NCBI GenBank assembly: GCA_951406725.2
Contig: OX597817.1
Location: 24,862,001-24,926,000, forward strand
Length of the DNA stretch: 64,000 bases
Direction: 5' to 3'
DNA from: Octopus vulgaris
Taxonomy: Eukaryota
The number at the start of each line of letters is the position of its first letter. Positions within the stretch are counted from its first letter, which is position 1. The notes beneath the pieces were generated by a model. The model was not told the origin of the DNA, searched no databases, and saw only the letters and a program-made list of their open reading frames with translations. Shown here in pieces: positions 60,684 through 64,000 of this stretch. A program made the position numbers and the translations under genes.

Positions 60684-60816
60684 CTTTTTCTATTCCTGAG
60701 CGCTATACTAATGCATCTGTTTGTTTGTACACTGCCTGCCTTCGTTTTTTGTTTATTTTCATAAACTTACGCTTTATATATATATATATGAATATATATA
60801 TATATATATATATATA

Positions 60817-61083
60817 CTGGAGTAAACACATAAATGTGAAACAAGGTGGAAAAAAGAGTACTCAAATACCAGTGGTAGAGCAATATGCTTTATTTAAAGC
60901 AGCAGAAAATTCAACAAAACCCTTTTACCCTGAGTAATTTTTTTTTTTTTTAAAGGTGTAGCGTTTGTAATAGTCTGGATTGAATTGACAGATCGGTTCC
61001 ATTCTAGCAAAAACTGTCCGATGAACGGCAACGGGAAACTCAGAGTAACAGGTTTTGTTAAATTTTCTGCTGCTTTAAATAAA

Positions 61084-61085
<2 letters not shown>
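60817..61085. mobile_element. Second copy of the 5332-5565 Penelope-type terminus, with HHR-like motif at 61015-61051 (core CCGATGA)
   Basis: Starts ggagtaaacacataaatgtgaaacaaggtgg, has partial inverted arms and (TA)n flanks. Confidence 0.7.
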
Positions 61086-61168
<83 letters not shown>

Positions 61169-61249
61169 CACATACGTATACATATTGATAAAAATGGTAA
61201 GACAACAAAAGAATGAAAGAGACCTTGATATTATGTAAATAGAAGAATT

Positions 61250-61483
61250 TATCTGTAAATGTAATATGTGACAATTATTCGGTAGTCATGATAAAACTCC
61301 AAGTTTCAGATGCCAGAGTAGAAATCCACGCTGCCATCTCTTCAGTTATCCAACCATCGGATAGCATTTTTTCCGATGGCCGGATAACTGAAGAGATGGC
61401 AGTGTGGATTTCCACCCCGGCATCTGAAACACGGAGTTTTATCATGACTACCGAATAATTGTCATGTATTACATTTACAGATA
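61250..61483. repeat. ~110-bp-arm palindrome of a third Penelope-type terminus (element starts about 61190)
   Basis: atctgtaaatgtaat ... attacatttacagat, flanked by (TA)n. Confidence 0.9.
61383..61443 (+). ncRNA. Type I hammerhead motif with canonical core (mirror copy on minus strand at 61290-61350)
   Basis: gataa-CTGAAGA-gatg...catc t-GAAA-c acgga g-TT-ttatc. Stem I is gataa/ttatc and stem II is extended. Confidence 0.7.
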
Positions 61484-61497
61484 TATGTATATATATA

Positions 61498-61564
<67 letters not shown>

Positions 61565-63229
61565 GTTAAGCTTATTTGAAGTATTGTGAAACAATAACGG
61601 GGACGAATTACTAGACAGGCCCAACAACGCAAGTTAGAAATTAAGGGGTGAAAGCATAAGGTTTTTGCTACTTTCAGTTTCCATCTACCAAATCCACTCA
61701 CAAGGCATTGGTCGGCCCGGGGCTATAGCAGAAGACACTTGCCCAAGATGCCACACAGTGGGACTGAACCCGGAACCATGTGGTTGGTAAAAGTATTGTG
61801 ATTGTGAAACAGAATAAAAATTACTAGACAAGCCCAACAACACAAGTTAGAAATAAAGGGGTGAAAACATAAGAGGTTTTTACTCTTTTAGCTTATATTT
61901 CCATATTTCAAATGTTAAAATTCCAAATCATGAAAGAGGCGAGTGGGTTCTTGTTAAAGTAGCTGTTTGGAACTGTGTAATACTTATTTGTTGTTGACAA
62001 TAAAGTTGTAATATTTAATGGTAATTTTGATTTTCAGATGCCCTTTATTTTACTTTGTGAATTTGGCACTTTCTGAGATATGTATGTGTGTGCATACATA
62101 CGTGCATGCATGTATGCATTTAAAGAGTCAGATTGACTAGTGATCTGCCTTAAAAAACTCTATGAAAGGAATGTTGCTGCCATATGTAGCAGCTATTCTT
62201 TCATCCAAGTCTATGGAAGCATTCCACTTACTATGCTACATTTGTCTCTCATCTCTTGGATCTGCAGCTTTTTATCATATGATATTTTAGTGTTTTATAA
62301 AGTTTGGTGTCTTCTAGGATGTTCTGTAAGTAGCTCTATCTTAGAGGAAAAAATTCATATGATTCTGTAGGGCAAAATTTACTAAAGTGATTTTGCTGTG
62401 AATATAAGATGTGCCATGTGAGGGGATTTTCAAGAGATATTACATGAATTGTTGGGAGCTTTTGATTTCTATACATATTTGTTACACTGGATAAGATAAA
62501 GAATATTTAGGACATATATAAGCTTGCCTGCCACCTGTTGATATATGACACGATTTCAAATACCTGTATAAAATTGCTAATACAGCCAAAATTGATTCTC
62601 TGGACAATTATATATCCATGCATCTAAACATTCAAGAATTTATATTTTGACACCTCAAGATATAATAACGTTAAAAGAAAATAAATTAAATGGAAGTTTG
62701 AACTGTTTGTAAATCAACAAAAGATTCTTAGTTATAAAACCGAGCACCAACTTCCATTACCATTTTGGCATACTTTTTCTGTAACTGAAAGCTTTGTAAC
62801 CAGTCAAAATAAAAATAGACATATTTTCAGTTCAATATATATGATTACTATCTTTCCATCTCCAAGTAAACTTTCAATGATACAATCAAATATGTGATAG
62901 CAATAACATCAATGAAACAATTGGGTTTTGAAAACATCTTATGAACAAAAACATTTATATAATAATAAAATCTCAAAGCTTATGAAAACAGAAAACTGAA
63001 ACTGTTGAAATTAGTATTTGTGACAAATATTCGGCTGGTGTTAACAACCTATATGTCGTATGTTATTTTAAAATTAGTAACTGAAAATTTGCATTTACAT
63101 TCAGTGATCTTCCTAGAGATGAATGTCTGACTATAATTGGAAACCATAAGAAGCAAAACATACATTTCAAAATAATCATATCTAACTTTTTCTAACGAAT
63201 TAGGTTCTAAAATATGTGCAGAAGTTCAC

Positions 63230-63730
63230 TCAAAACCATGTTCACAAATATCGTATAATCTAGGCAAGTCAACACGCCACCTATATGGAAAACTAACTGA
63301 AAAATATGATACATTAAGAAACTCTTTTAACCACAAGAGAAAATTAATAATACTTTTTTCCAGTACATAACACACAGAATCCTACGTCTGTCTTCTAAAA
63401 AAAAGCTATCTTTAAAGAACACGCACATCATTACCAGAAATCTTTAAAAAATAGTAATAAAAAATATTAGTTAACAGATGAATACAACAAAACTCCTAAC
63501 CACAAAATCAAACAAGTAAAAAGAAACAACCTGATATTGTCCACCATCGTATCTATGAGTAAAAATCAATAAAGCTAAAAAGGAGTTTCAACATTTTTTC
63601 AAAACATTTACCACCTAATCACAGATAACACAAATTTCTAAATGAAAACAGCATATCAATCTCCTATTCTTTTATATATAACTTCTTACAAATAATGGCC
63701 AACTCCAACCAAAAACTAGATAACCTCAAT
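63230..63730 (+). pseudogene. Decayed Penelope-like RT thumb/linker region
   Basis: Across frameshifts: RLSS..IFKEHAHHYQKSLKNS ... KHLPPNHR / HKFLNENSISISYS..NFLQIMANSNQKL, resembling the PLE KHFP..H.LHKIFN....SYS..N...II..HN.K motif. Confidence 0.6.
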
Positions 63731-64000
63731 TTTAATAATAGAAATACATACTCTGTTTTACTTTTAACACATTGTTCCATCCTCTGTCTCTCAATACTCA
63801 TACCATCTGCTTCCTCCTCTATCGCTTTCTTTCCCTATATTGGATTAACAGTGCAAATCTCTTTAGAAATTTCAAAAGCATAAACACTCATTGAATAACC
63901 CCAATAAATAAAAAAATATTAACACTATTTGAATACGTATGAAAATTTAAATCTTCCAGCACCTATATATGTCTTGGAGGATCCTTTCATACACCAGACC

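Overview
AT-rich, repeat-dominated animal genomic DNA. The SINE families and very dense (TA)n/(ATT)n microsatellites suggest an octopod cephalopod (inference from recalled repeat families, not a database result). I found no intact protein-coding gene. Nearly all ORF-track entries are microsatellite or SINE artefacts, and the real coding remnants are transposon fragments: Dong/R4-like and HERO-like REL retrotransposons, RTE, CR1, Penelope RT-thumb and GIY-YIG, and a mariner transposase. One possible 222-bp minus-strand host exon lies at 2328-2549. Non-coding elements include at least four SINE-like families, non-autonomous Helitrons, MULE, Tc1 and piggyBac-type MITEs, and two ~156-bp tandem arrays. 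A ~7.5-7.8-kb duplication across a 100-N gap is probably an uncollapsed haplotype. The most interesting signal is a set of minimal hammerhead-ribozyme (HHR)-like motifs from at least four sequence families. They sit in (TA)n-embedded, often palindromic, Penelope-type termini, and some have non-canonical cores. Also notable are a 254-bp spacer-less palindrome and an (ATT)n cluster of co-oriented insertions. All coordinates were read by eye and may be off by a few bases.
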